The notes under the pieces: model-generated
The model's input: only the letters and a program-made list of their open reading frames with translations
What the model was told of the DNA's origin: nothing
The model's database searches: none
Part shown: one piece after another, positions 50,595 through 58,342 of the stretch
Layout: each line of letters begins with the position of its first letter
Numbering within the stretch: the stretch's first letter is position 1
Program-made: the position numbers and the translations under genes
Source: a virus
Taxonomy: Duplodnaviria; Caudoviricetes
DNA length: 59,978 nucleotides
Virus record (IMG/VR): IMGVR_UViG_3300034101_003213
Location: 1-59,978 of that record
Strand: one strand, 5' to 3'

Positions 50595-50969
50595 TTAGAG
50601 ACGAATTATTCCGTCATCTGTGGTATAATAAATCTTGTGAAATATTTCACTGCACCACTTTTCACATATACAGCAGGGCTTTGAATTTCTAAAACTACCA
50701 AATCTGTTGAATCTAAAATTCAACAATATAAGTTTTTCACCACGCAGAGACTTTGGAATTTTTCTATATGCATCAAGTTCTGCATGCATTTCAGCAAACT
50801 TATATCCCAAACGAACAGCATCTGGGTGGGTCTTAAAAACATTTTGACCCACCGAGATGATCTTTCGCTTATGAATAATGAGAGAGATGTGCTTCTTCTG
50901 TCGCTCCATTGCCATAGACAGAGGCTTGGCAATAGGCATGTAATTTTCAATAACAGTTTCTATATTCAT
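50595..50969 (-). CDS. CMP/dCMP deaminase-family protein
   Basis: HAE and PCxxC (SKPCCIC) zinc motifs. Confidence 0.85.
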   Translation of the reverse strand: MNIETVIENYMPIAKPLSMAMERQKKHISLIIHKRKIISVGQNVFKTHPDAVRLGYKFAEMHAELDAYRKIPKSLRGEKLILLNFRFNRFGSFRNSKPCCICEKWCSEIFHKIYYTTDDGIIRL

Positions 50970-50972
50970 TCA

Positions 50973-51281
50973 TTACGTCGTCAACTTCAATCCCGGCTTA
51001 TTGCTCACAGCCTTGGTTGAAGTGACGAGTCCCTTATTCAAACTCGCATCATACTGCGACTTGAGTTCATCAAGAGGTTCAATAGTAAAAGCAATAAAAG
51101 ACTTAGAAATTTCAACACCCTTCGAAGCCTTAGTATACATCATCCAAGGCATCAAACCAATTTGACCTTGACCAACTGGAACCAGAATTGCTGGATCCTT
51201 TAGAAGCCAAGTGGTTTCTTTTTCTTCAAATCTTGCTAAAATTTCTTCGCCTGAGTTTAGTCTAAATACTTTTACGTTCAT
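50973..51281 (-). CDS. Sm-like conserved phage protein
   Basis: MNVKVFRLNSGEEILA..L.PW; AAAGGA RBS; TTGTAT..TATAAT promoter upstream. Confidence 0.75.
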   Translation of the reverse strand: MNVKVFRLNSGEEILARFEEKETTWLLKDPAILVPVGQGQIGLMPWMMYTKASKGVEISKSFIAFTIEPLDELKSQYDASLNKGLVTSTKAVSNKPGLKLTT

Positions 51282-51336
51282 GTTGAATCCTTTATGTTCT
51301 GTGATTATAACCCTTCTTTTAGGATATACAAATAAT

Positions 51337-52125
51337 ATGCCTCTAAAATCTTTTAAAACATTTTTAATCGAACAGCAAGAAACAATTAAGTGTGATGTCA
51401 ACAACATTTGCACTGTTATCCGAGGGTATGAATCTTCTGGAAAAGTTTCAGAAAAAATTCAAAGTCCATATAAAGATAGCAAAGGACTTCTTACAATTGG
51501 TCATGGTCATTTAATTACACCAGAATCTGAATCAATATTTTCTGAAGTATTTCCAGAAGAGCAAAAGAGAAATCCAGATTTTGCTAAACAAATTTTATCT
51601 GGTCAAACAAAAATGACACCAGAACAAGTTGAAAGATTATTTGAAAGAGATGTTAAAGTTCGTTTACCAAAAGTAAAACAAATTGCCCCGGAATTTGAAA
51701 CTTATTCACCAGAACTACAAGCTGAACTTACTTCAGAGTATTTTAGAGGGATGGTTGGCAAATCACCAACTGCGATGAAACTTTTAAGAGCAGGTGACTT
51801 TGAAGGTGCTGCAACAGAGTTTTTAAATGCCGAAGATTATAGAAAATCAGTACAAGAAAAAACTGGAATCTCTGGTAGGATGAGAAATCTTGCCGATGCA
51901 ATGCGTAGAGAAGGTCAACTTAGAAAAGCACCGGAAGAAACTAAACCAGTTGAAGAACCTGAAACCACACAAACATCAACTGAAAAAGAATATGAAGTAA
52001 AACCCGGTGATACCGTTTGGAAAATAGGCGGTGGAGCATCTGGTGTTGAAAAAATTAAACAACTAAATCCTGGCTTAGACCCAAATAAGATAAAGCCCGG
52101 TCAAAAAATTAAAGTTCCAAATTAA
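51337..52125 (+). CDS. T4-lysozyme-family muramidase with C-terminal LysM
   Basis: E..PYKDSKGLLTIGHGHLI catalytic pattern; YEVKPGDTVWKI..LNP...NKIKPGQKIKVP LysM; start MPLKSF. Confidence 0.88.
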   Translation: MPLKSFKTFLIEQQETIKCDVNNICTVIRGYESSGKVSEKIQSPYKDSKGLLTIGHGHLITPESESIFSEVFPEEQKRNPDFAKQILSGQTKMTPEQVERLFERDVKVRLPKVKQIAPEFETYSPELQAELTSEYFRGMVGKSPTAMKLLRAGDFEGAATEFLNAEDYRKSVQEKTGISGRMRNLADAMRREGQLRKAPEETKPVEEPETTQTSTEKEYEVKPGDTVWKIGGGASGVEKIKQLNPGLDPNKIKPGQKIKVPN

Positions 52126-52162
52126 AAAGGAACTAACTTATATTATCTTAAATAAAAATAAT

Positions 52163-52750
52163 TTAAACTTTTAGTTCAAATTTATAAGATGGCATACCAT
52201 CGATTTCATAATCTGATATTGTATAAAATTGTAAAATTTTTGGTTTTAATGTGTTTTCGAAGAAATAAGGTCCAGTTGGTATTTCTGTTGTAGAATCATA
52301 ATCATGGGGCCAGATTTCACAATTTATTTCTTCAATTTTATATTTTAAAAAATCAATTGAATTTATTAGAGAATAATCATACCCCTCACAGTCAATTGAT
52401 AATTTTTTTATATTATTAATGTTATATTTACTACATAACTCATCAAAAGTTATAGTATCAATATTTTTAATATTATTTGATTTTATAAAATGATTTCTGT
52501 TAATAAATGAGTTATTAACAGAACTTGGATAAATTATAAATTTTTTTATTTTTTTATCATGAACTATACCCAAATTTAAAAAATGTATATCATGAATATT
52601 TTTTAATTCTTTATAGCATTCAATTAACTCTTTGAACGCATCTTCATCTGGCTCAATTAAAATAATTTTACTCTTTTTTTCAAGAGCACACATTTCTTTA
52701 AAAAAACAATCATTTCCTACATTTGAACCAAATTGAATGTAAACATCCAT
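52163..52750 (-). CDS. FkbM-family methyltransferase
   Basis: QFGSNVGND, LIEP, IDCEGYD; CATAAATA 5 nt upstream. Confidence 0.8.
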   Translation of the reverse strand: MDVYIQFGSNVGNDCFFKEMCALEKKSKIILIEPDEDAFKELIECYKELKNIHDIHFLNLGIVHDKKIKKFIIYPSSVNNSFINRNHFIKSNNIKNIDTITFDELCSKYNINNIKKLSIDCEGYDYSLINSIDFLKYKIEEINCEIWPHDYDSTTEIPTGPYFFENTLKPKILQFYTISDYEIDGMPSYKFELKV

Positions 52751-52764
52751 TCAAATATTTATGC

Positions 52765-53331
52765 TTAAAACGGAACAGGTTCGTAAAGCATGTTGTATGG
52801 GTCTTTAGCAGTGAACCATTCTGGTTCTTCACTATACTGCCATTTAGCGAATCTAGTCTTCTCGCCCAGATAATACTTTCTATAAGCAACAACTGCATCA
52901 CCATCTTTGTATTCATCGGGCATGGCTTGTGCAAATGGTGTAAGAGTATTAGTTTTGTTGATATTTTTTGGTGGATTATAAAGACCATCCATCAACATCT
53001 TTTCCATTACATGAACTTTACCATAACGCCGAGTATATTCTTTGCACAAAGCATGAGCATGCTTCCACAGCCAAAGATAATTTTTACGACTGGCCCGAGT
53101 CCAAATAGTACAAGGATGATTGATCATAGTGCAACGGCAGATGTTTGTATTGCCATTACTGTAAGTCTTGTATTCTTTCTTCTTACCTTTGGTCATAACT
53201 ACATCACCGTCAAGAACATGGTGAGTAGTTGAGAGCAACTGGCAAGATTCAAGAATCATTTTAACCACATGCTTGTCACACATCATGCGAGCAGCGGTAG
53301 CAGCATCATTATCCAAAACAAAAATATTCAT
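52765..53331 (-). CDS. Pyrimidine-dimer DNA glycosylase (DenV)-like protein
   Basis: MNIFVLD..CDKHVVKMILES.QLL, NHPCTIW.R, EYT.RYGK.H, QAMP, AYR.YY. Confidence 0.85.
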   Translation of the reverse strand: MNIFVLDNDAATAARMMCDKHVVKMILESCQLLSTTHHVLDGDVVMTKGKKKEYKTYSNGNTNICRCTMINHPCTIWTRASRKNYLWLWKHAHALCKEYTRRYGKVHVMEKMLMDGLYNPPKNINKTNTLTPFAQAMPDEYKDGDAVVAYRKYYLGEKTRFAKWQYSEEPEWFTAKDPYNMLYEPVPF

Positions 53332-54362
53332 ATTTCGTTGTTTTCAAAAATATTGTTGATTGTGCGATTAACTTGTATCAACATACCACGCGAATAAAGG
53401 TCAGGCAAATTAAAAGCGCCAACATAAGAGCAAGCTGACCTAATACCACCAAAAATTTCTTGTATCGTATTTCGTACAGATCCACGGTAAGGCACCTCCA
53501 CAGTACGTCCCTCTGAAGCACGATAATCTGAAAGTCCACCGTTGTATTTTTCATTTGCAGTTCTGCTGCTCATTCCATAATGCAACATTGTAAGCTCTCC
53601 GTGCTCTTTGTGTCTAATTTCTCCACCACACTCATCATGGCCCGTTAACATTCCACCCGCCATAACAAATGCAGCACCAGCAACATATGCTTTTGCAAAG
53701 TCACCGGGATAGGTTATTCCACCATCAGCAACGATCCCAATACCGCATGCTTCGGCTGTTGCTACACACTCTATAACCGCCGATAGTTGTGGATAACCCA
53801 CGCCTGCCACTCGCCGGGTCAGACACATCGACCCCGATCCTATTCCCACCTTTACCAAATCTACTCCAGCATTTGACAATGCCTCTACCCCCGTTGGGGT
53901 CACGATATTCCCTGCAATCAATATTGACTTCGGCCATTTTTCTCTTACCTTTCTTGTAAAATTGTGAAACTCTGTCATGTAACCATTTGCCACATCAAGA
54001 CAAATGAAAGTCGGGTCATGAATCTCGGAGGTATCAACGAACAGTTTGCTGTCGGAATCCAATCCAAGTGTCAGAGAAACATATTGTTCTTTGTCTGGGT
54101 GCATATTCACAAAAGCAGAATAATAATTTCCACCCTTTCGAAGGCATGTTACGACTCCATATTCCGAAAGAACCTCTGCCATCTTGTGAGTCCCAACCGT
54201 TGACATGTTTGCTGCCATGATTGGAATGCCCTTCCATTTCGATCCACATTTAAATGTGGTCTCCACTTCAAGACTTACATCTTTGCGAGACTTAACATCC
54301 GAGAGGGTCGGCATGATAAGCACATCGGAATAATCCAATTTGGGTTCAGTGTTCAAAATCAT
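53328..54362 (-). CDS. guaC: GMP reductase
   Basis: LDYSDVLI.P..SR..V.L, AANM, CLDVANGY, KVGIGSGSMCLTR, GVGYPQLSA, YGMSS, YRASEG; no CBS domains. Confidence 0.93.
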   Translation of the reverse strand: MILNTEPKLDYSDVLIMPTLSDVKSRKDVSLEVETTFKCGSKWKGIPIMAANMSTVGTHKMAEVLSEYGVVTCLRKGGNYYSAFVNMHPDKEQYVSLTLGLDSDSKLFVDTSEIHDPTFICLDVANGYMTEFHNFTRKVREKWPKSILIAGNIVTPTGVEALSNAGVDLVKVGIGSGSMCLTRRVAGVGYPQLSAVIECVATAEACGIGIVADGGITYPGDFAKAYVAGAAFVMAGGMLTGHDECGGEIRHKEHGELTMLHYGMSSRTANEKYNGGLSDYRASEGRTVEVPYRGSVRNTIQEIFGGIRSACSYVGAFNLPDLYSRGMLIQVNRTINNIFENNEI

Positions 54363-54400
54363 TTTAAAAAGAATATCATACAAACATTGTTAGTCAACAA

Positions 54401-54574
54401 TCACTTTGAGTTTTCAATTCTTTGAATTGCATCACGAAGATTTAACATCTTTTTTGCAAGATCTTTAGAGGTCATCTTTCCTCGCAAATAATCTTCATAA
54501 TTAGAAATAATTATCTTGGCTTCTCTAAAGAGAACCGCATACATGTGAGGAACATCGTCTTTTTCTTCTTCCAT
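54401..54574 (-). CDS. Small hypothetical protein (57 aa)
   Basis: Hand translation MEEEKDDVPHMYAVLFREAK..IENSK; fills the gap; AATAAATA 6 nt upstream. Confidence 0.7.
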   Translation of the reverse strand: MEEEKDDVPHMYAVLFREAKIIISNYEDYLRGKMTSKDLAKKMLNLRDAIQRIENSK

Positions 54575-54583
54575 CCATGATAT

Positions 54584-55159
54584 TTATTGCAATTCTGTTG
54601 TGTCATCTCTAATAAATCTTTTTATATTTGGAATATAAACTGAAGACCAGTCTTGTTTTGTAACATCCCACAATAAAATTCTTTTTCCACCAAAAAAACC
54701 AAACGCCTTTTGTCTGGTTTCATATTGACTAGAGGGGATTACTGATTTTTTTAAAGTTCCAAACATCTGTGCAGCGTTTCCATCTACTTTAAAATATTGT
54801 ATCGTAGATACACCATCTATGACCTCCATAAACAATTCTGGACTTGAAATGAAGTTAGTTTTCAAATATTCTTCTTTAGTTACAATTTCTACTTCCATAT
54901 CATAATCATTCAATGGGTCATAAATTCTTTCTTCCTCTAACTGAGGATTAAATTTATAAAAATTTTCTAAGGACCCATATTTCAATTTAATATATTCTTC
55001 AAAATTATCATCTTCACTTGCAAGTTTTTTATACTTTTCTTTTTTAAATTCAGAAGTCATGTAATCTTTTGGTAGCCCAAGATATGACCTATAATTTAAA
55101 TCTGTATTCAAAAATACATTTAACAAATCCATCTGGAATTGTTCTTCAGGGTTTTCCAT
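54584..55159 (-). CDS. Hypothetical protein with C-terminal SH3/WYL-like (DUF2693-type) domain
   Basis: IQYFKVDG....MFGTL..LWDV.KQDW.S. Confidence 0.65.
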   Translation of the reverse strand: MENPEEQFQMDLLNVFLNTDLNYRSYLGLPKDYMTSEFKKEKYKKLASEDDNFEEYIKLKYGSLENFYKFNPQLEEERIYDPLNDYDMEVEIVTKEEYLKTNFISSPELFMEVIDGVSTIQYFKVDGNAAQMFGTLKKSVIPSSQYETRQKAFGFFGGKRILLWDVTKQDWSSVYIPNIKRFIRDDTTELQ

Positions 55160-55401
55160 TAAAAGGATATACGGAAAATATCATTTTTGATTTCCGCTTC
55201 TTTGTAATTTTCTTTTTTTGATCTGAGCATTTCCCAAAATTTTACATAATACCTTGAAGGCATTTGTAAAATTATTTCATGAAATGGAAGTTTTTTATAT
55301 TCTTTAATTTTGATGAATAAATTTTCTATAGAATCTTTTAAAAAATCTTCTTCTTTATCCAATAGAATAACAACATTTTTTAAAGTTTCTTTAATTTGCA
55401 T
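55159..55401 (-). CDS. Hypothetical protein
   Basis: Stop/start coupled at both ends. Confidence 0.7.
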   Translation of the reverse strand: MQIKETLKNVVILLDKEEDFLKDSIENLFIKIKEYKKLPFHEIILQMPSRYYVKFWEMLRSKKENYKEAEIKNDIFRISF

Positions 55402-55592
55402 TAGAAAGATCTCGGTGTTGGTCTAAACCCACTTATAAGTTGATTTCTTGGATCTTGTCTTGGTGTTACTTGTGGTGGAGTTACAGCAATATTTTCTCTA
55501 AATTTTAATGCAGCATCGGAAAGTGGAGATGGAACATTCTTATATTTTTGTTGCAAAAGTTTAATTGTGTCTTCTAAAGATTTTTTCTGCAT
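55401..55592 (-). CDS. Hypothetical protein
   Basis: Start MQKKS lies 5 nt after TATAAATA. Confidence 0.65.
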   Translation of the reverse strand: MQKKSLEDTIKLLQQKYKNVPSPLSDAALKFRENIAVTPPQVTPRQDPRNQLISGFRPTPRSF

Positions 55593-55597
55593 GCAAA

Positions 55598-55609
55598 TAT
55601 TTATAAATA
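55598..55609. promoter_or_regulatory. Palindromic overlapping bidirectional late promoter
   Basis: TATTTATAAATA contains TATAAATA on both strands, each 5 nt before an ATG. Confidence 0.8.
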
Positions 55610-55614
55610 ATTTC

Positions 55615-56580
55615 ATGGATTACCTAACAAACTATTACAAGAATCTTTGCGAGCAACTTCAAGAAAAAATTAATCTTTTAGAGGCAAAAGCCAAAAAGAA
55701 GAAGAAGGCTAAGAAAGATTATGATGGAGATGGTAAAGTTGAATCATCCACCGATGAATGGAAAGGTTCAAGAGACCGAGCCATTAAGCAAGCAATGAGT
55801 GAAGCCAAGATCAACAGACCAACTCACACTATTATCGGTGACGTTTTTCGATCAGACGAACAACAAGACAGACGCATTAGAAACAGAACACAAGTAATGT
55901 CAGATCTTCATGCTCTTAGATCTTTTGAGGGTGCCAGTGATGAAGAACGGACTGCAGCAGAAAAAGTTTTAAAAGACATGGAAACAACTGACACCAACAC
56001 AGGAGCAATTGGAACTGATGCAACCACTCAAGATGTTTTTGCTGCACGCAGAGCCCTAAAAGGATACCAAGGATCGGATGCTTTTAAAGGACATGCAGCA
56101 AAAACTCTTTCCGGATTTGAGGATACCGGAATGTACAATTATACTGTAGGTAGCAACGACATGGATTTTAAAAGAGTTTATAAAAGAACTACCGATGTTG
56201 GTACAGGTTTAGAGGCTTTGGCAAAAGGAATTGACAATACTTGGTATTGGGCAAGATATATGGGAAATCCAGCTGTAAATGATATGACAAGACAAATAGC
56301 AATTGAGATGAATCCCAGTGGTAAATCGTTTCAACAAATAGGAATGCATCCTTCTGGAAAAGCTTTTAGAGGCACAAAGGTTACGCCATTTACATCATCA
56401 ACTGATGAATTCAGAGCCAGACTTGAAAATCCTGCAGTTCAAAAAGAAATTGGCGTTCAAACACCAAGAAGAAGCGAAGCAGGGCAGGCTGAAACAGCAG
56501 CAGAAATAACCAAAAACTTCCCAGCAGATTTTGAATCAACAATTCTTGGTAAATACGTAAAGCCAAGAAAATTAACATAA
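55615..56580 (+). CDS. Putative capsid-internal protein
   Basis: MDYLTNYYKNLCEQLQEKINLLE leader; DYDGDGKVES EF-hand-like motif; late promoter. Confidence 0.75.
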   Translation: MDYLTNYYKNLCEQLQEKINLLEAKAKKKKKAKKDYDGDGKVESSTDEWKGSRDRAIKQAMSEAKINRPTHTIIGDVFRSDEQQDRRIRNRTQVMSDLHALRSFEGASDEERTAAEKVLKDMETTDTNTGAIGTDATTQDVFAARRALKGYQGSDAFKGHAAKTLSGFEDTGMYNYTVGSNDMDFKRVYKRTTDVGTGLEALAKGIDNTWYWARYMGNPAVNDMTRQIAIEMNPSGKSFQQIGMHPSGKAFRGTKVTPFTSSTDEFRARLENPAVQKEIGVQTPRRSEAGQAETAAEITKNFPADFESTILGKYVKPRKLT

Positions 56581-56596
56581 AAATTTAATACAAGAC

Positions 56597-56640
56597 AAAA
56601 GAAAAACCCAGACCTCAAAAGTCTGGGTTTTTTCGTTTTT
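56597..56640. terminator. Bidirectional terminator
   Basis: GAAAAACCCAGAC-loop-GTCTGGGTTTTTC with flanking A and T tracts. Confidence 0.85.
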
Positions 56641-56652
56641 GTACGGAGCCTT

Positions 56653-56823
56653 TTATTTGGCTTCTACGGCCTTGGGAGCCTCATGCTCACCACGGGGTCC
56701 CTTGTGTCCGGGACGCTTTCCATGAGCGCTAAAAGCGACTACAAGGGCTGCTACTGCGACACCAAAGAGAACCCATTCAATAATTGTGACTTTAGATAAC
56801 AAATTTTTAATTTTTGTGAGCAT
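56653..56823 (-). CDS. Small single-TM membrane protein (56 aa)
   Basis: Hand translation MLTKIKNLLSKVTIIEWVLFGVAVAALVVAFSAHGKRPGHKGPRGEHEAPKAVEAK; AAAGGA RBS; CTAAATA upstream. Confidence 0.75.
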   Translation of the reverse strand: MLTKIKNLLSKVTIIEWVLFGVAVAALVVAFSAHGKRPGHKGPRGEHEAPKAVEAK

Positions 56824-56860
56824 AAGTTTCCTTTTTAATATTTAGATAAATAGTAATACC

Positions 56861-57154
56861 ATGAAGAAATTTATTGAATTTTTAAAAGAACAAGAAAATA
56901 AAGTTTCTACTTCAGAAATTAAAGAAGTGGATGTTGTTCCAACAGCACAAGAATCAGAACAAAAAAATGAAAAGAATTGGAATAAGGTAGTAAAAGAATT
57001 CAAAAAGAATGTGAAAGAACCATCATACTCGGCCACTAAAAAATTTATTCAAGGTGATAAAAAATCTTCAGAAGGTGCAATAGAATTGGATCTCACACCA
57101 AAGCCAAAGATTGAGGCACCATTGCCTCAACCTGAGACACCATCTACAACTTAA
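56861..57154 (+). CDS. Putative capsid-internal protein
   Basis: MKKFIEFLKE resembles the T4 capsid-targeting sequence; GATAAATA at 56845-52. Confidence 0.7.
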   Translation: MKKFIEFLKEQENKVSTSEIKEVDVVPTAQESEQKNEKNWNKVVKEFKKNVKEPSYSATKKFIQGDKKSSEGAIELDLTPKPKIEAPLPQPETPSTT

Positions 57155-57156
57155 TT

Positions 57157-58290
57157 TTACTTAAGTTTTCCGCGCTTCATCAATTCGGCTTTGGCAGCAC
57201 GATATTCGACTGATTGTTTCTCATCAGGAATAGCGGGACCAAACATATTGCTTCTCTTGTTACGGAACATCATTTCTTCTAATTCTTTATCAGTGTGCAA
57301 TCTGGCTTGACCGTGGCCCTTTTTCTTCCAGAATTCAGAGAAGTCTTCACCTGCTGGAACTGGTGCTTTGGCTGGGGCTGGGGCTGGTGGCTTTCTGAAT
57401 GAAGGATTTACAACACTGGATCTTGGATTTACAACATCTGCAACAGGTGGTCTGAGTGTATCTTTGGCAACAGGCATAACTTGATTCATAACTTTATTTC
57501 TGTTTGGATCGATGCTTATGTCTGAAGAAGCTACTGGAGCACCAATATCTGGGTTGGAAGTTGCAAGTGAGGTATTTGTTGGTGTATATTGGCCACTTGG
57601 TGGTGTTGCAAACAGTGAAGTTGGAATCCATGCTGGTGGTGGAACTTGTGATGTTGCTGGAGCACCTGTTTGAATTCTAACTGGAGAAGGGGCCATTGGT
57701 GAAGCTGCTGGAGCAGATGCTTGTGCTGATGGAGCATATTTTCCCATTCCCATGGCTCTTTGTTCCAAATCTTTACGGGCTTCGGGGGTATTTGCACTTG
57801 GTCTGACTGCACTCAAAGAAGGAGCATTTCCACCCAAAGTTCCGGGACTAAATGTTTGACGAGCAACGCTTCCGGGCATGCTCATTGTTCTGGAAATCAT
57901 GTCTTGGTCAGCACTCGTTCTTGGTTGGGCTCTTGCTGGTGCTTCTGAATAGTTTGGTTCATAGACGCTTTGAACATACCCACCTTGACCTTTTTTATAA
58001 TTTCCACCTGCTTCTGCGGCTCTAGCGGCAAATTCTACAGGATCCATTGCTGGTTTAAAGTTAACATTCCCTGTTTTCATAGTATAATCAGGTTCATAAA
58101 CACTTTGTAAATAACCGCTACCTGAATCTTTCTTATACTCACCACCTGCTTCGGCAGCATATGCAGAAAATTCCAAAGGATCCATTCGTTTTGCTCGCTC
58201 AATCAAATAATTTAACTTCTGTTCTAAAATGAATGCTTTTTCAGAAAGTTCTTCGGATTTTTGTTTATAGAATTTGGTGATGTAGTCCAT
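57157..58290 (-). CDS. Putative capsid-internal protein, Pro/Ala-rich with internal repeat
   Basis: MDYITKFYK..LEQKLNYLIE leader; TATAAATA at 58296-303, 5 nt upstream. Confidence 0.75.
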   Translation of the reverse strand: MDYITKFYKQKSEELSEKAFILEQKLNYLIERAKRMDPLEFSAYAAEAGGEYKKDSGSGYLQSVYEPDYTMKTGNVNFKPAMDPVEFAARAAEAGGNYKKGQGGYVQSVYEPNYSEAPARAQPRTSADQDMISRTMSMPGSVARQTFSPGTLGGNAPSLSAVRPSANTPEARKDLEQRAMGMGKYAPSAQASAPAASPMAPSPVRIQTGAPATSQVPPPAWIPTSLFATPPSGQYTPTNTSLATSNPDIGAPVASSDISIDPNRNKVMNQVMPVAKDTLRPPVADVVNPRSSVVNPSFRKPPAPAPAKAPVPAGEDFSEFWKKKGHGQARLHTDKELEEMMFRNKRSNMFGPAIPDEKQSVEYRAAKAELMKRGKLK

Positions 58291-58342
58291 GTAGTTATTT
58301 ATATTGAGATTTTTTTGAAATTTTTTGTTGATAAATATTTTT

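Noticed and set aside
53328-54362. IMP dehydrogenase (guaB)
   Set aside because: AANM, DVANGY, YGMSS and YRASEG motifs and the absence of CBS domains fit GuaC better.
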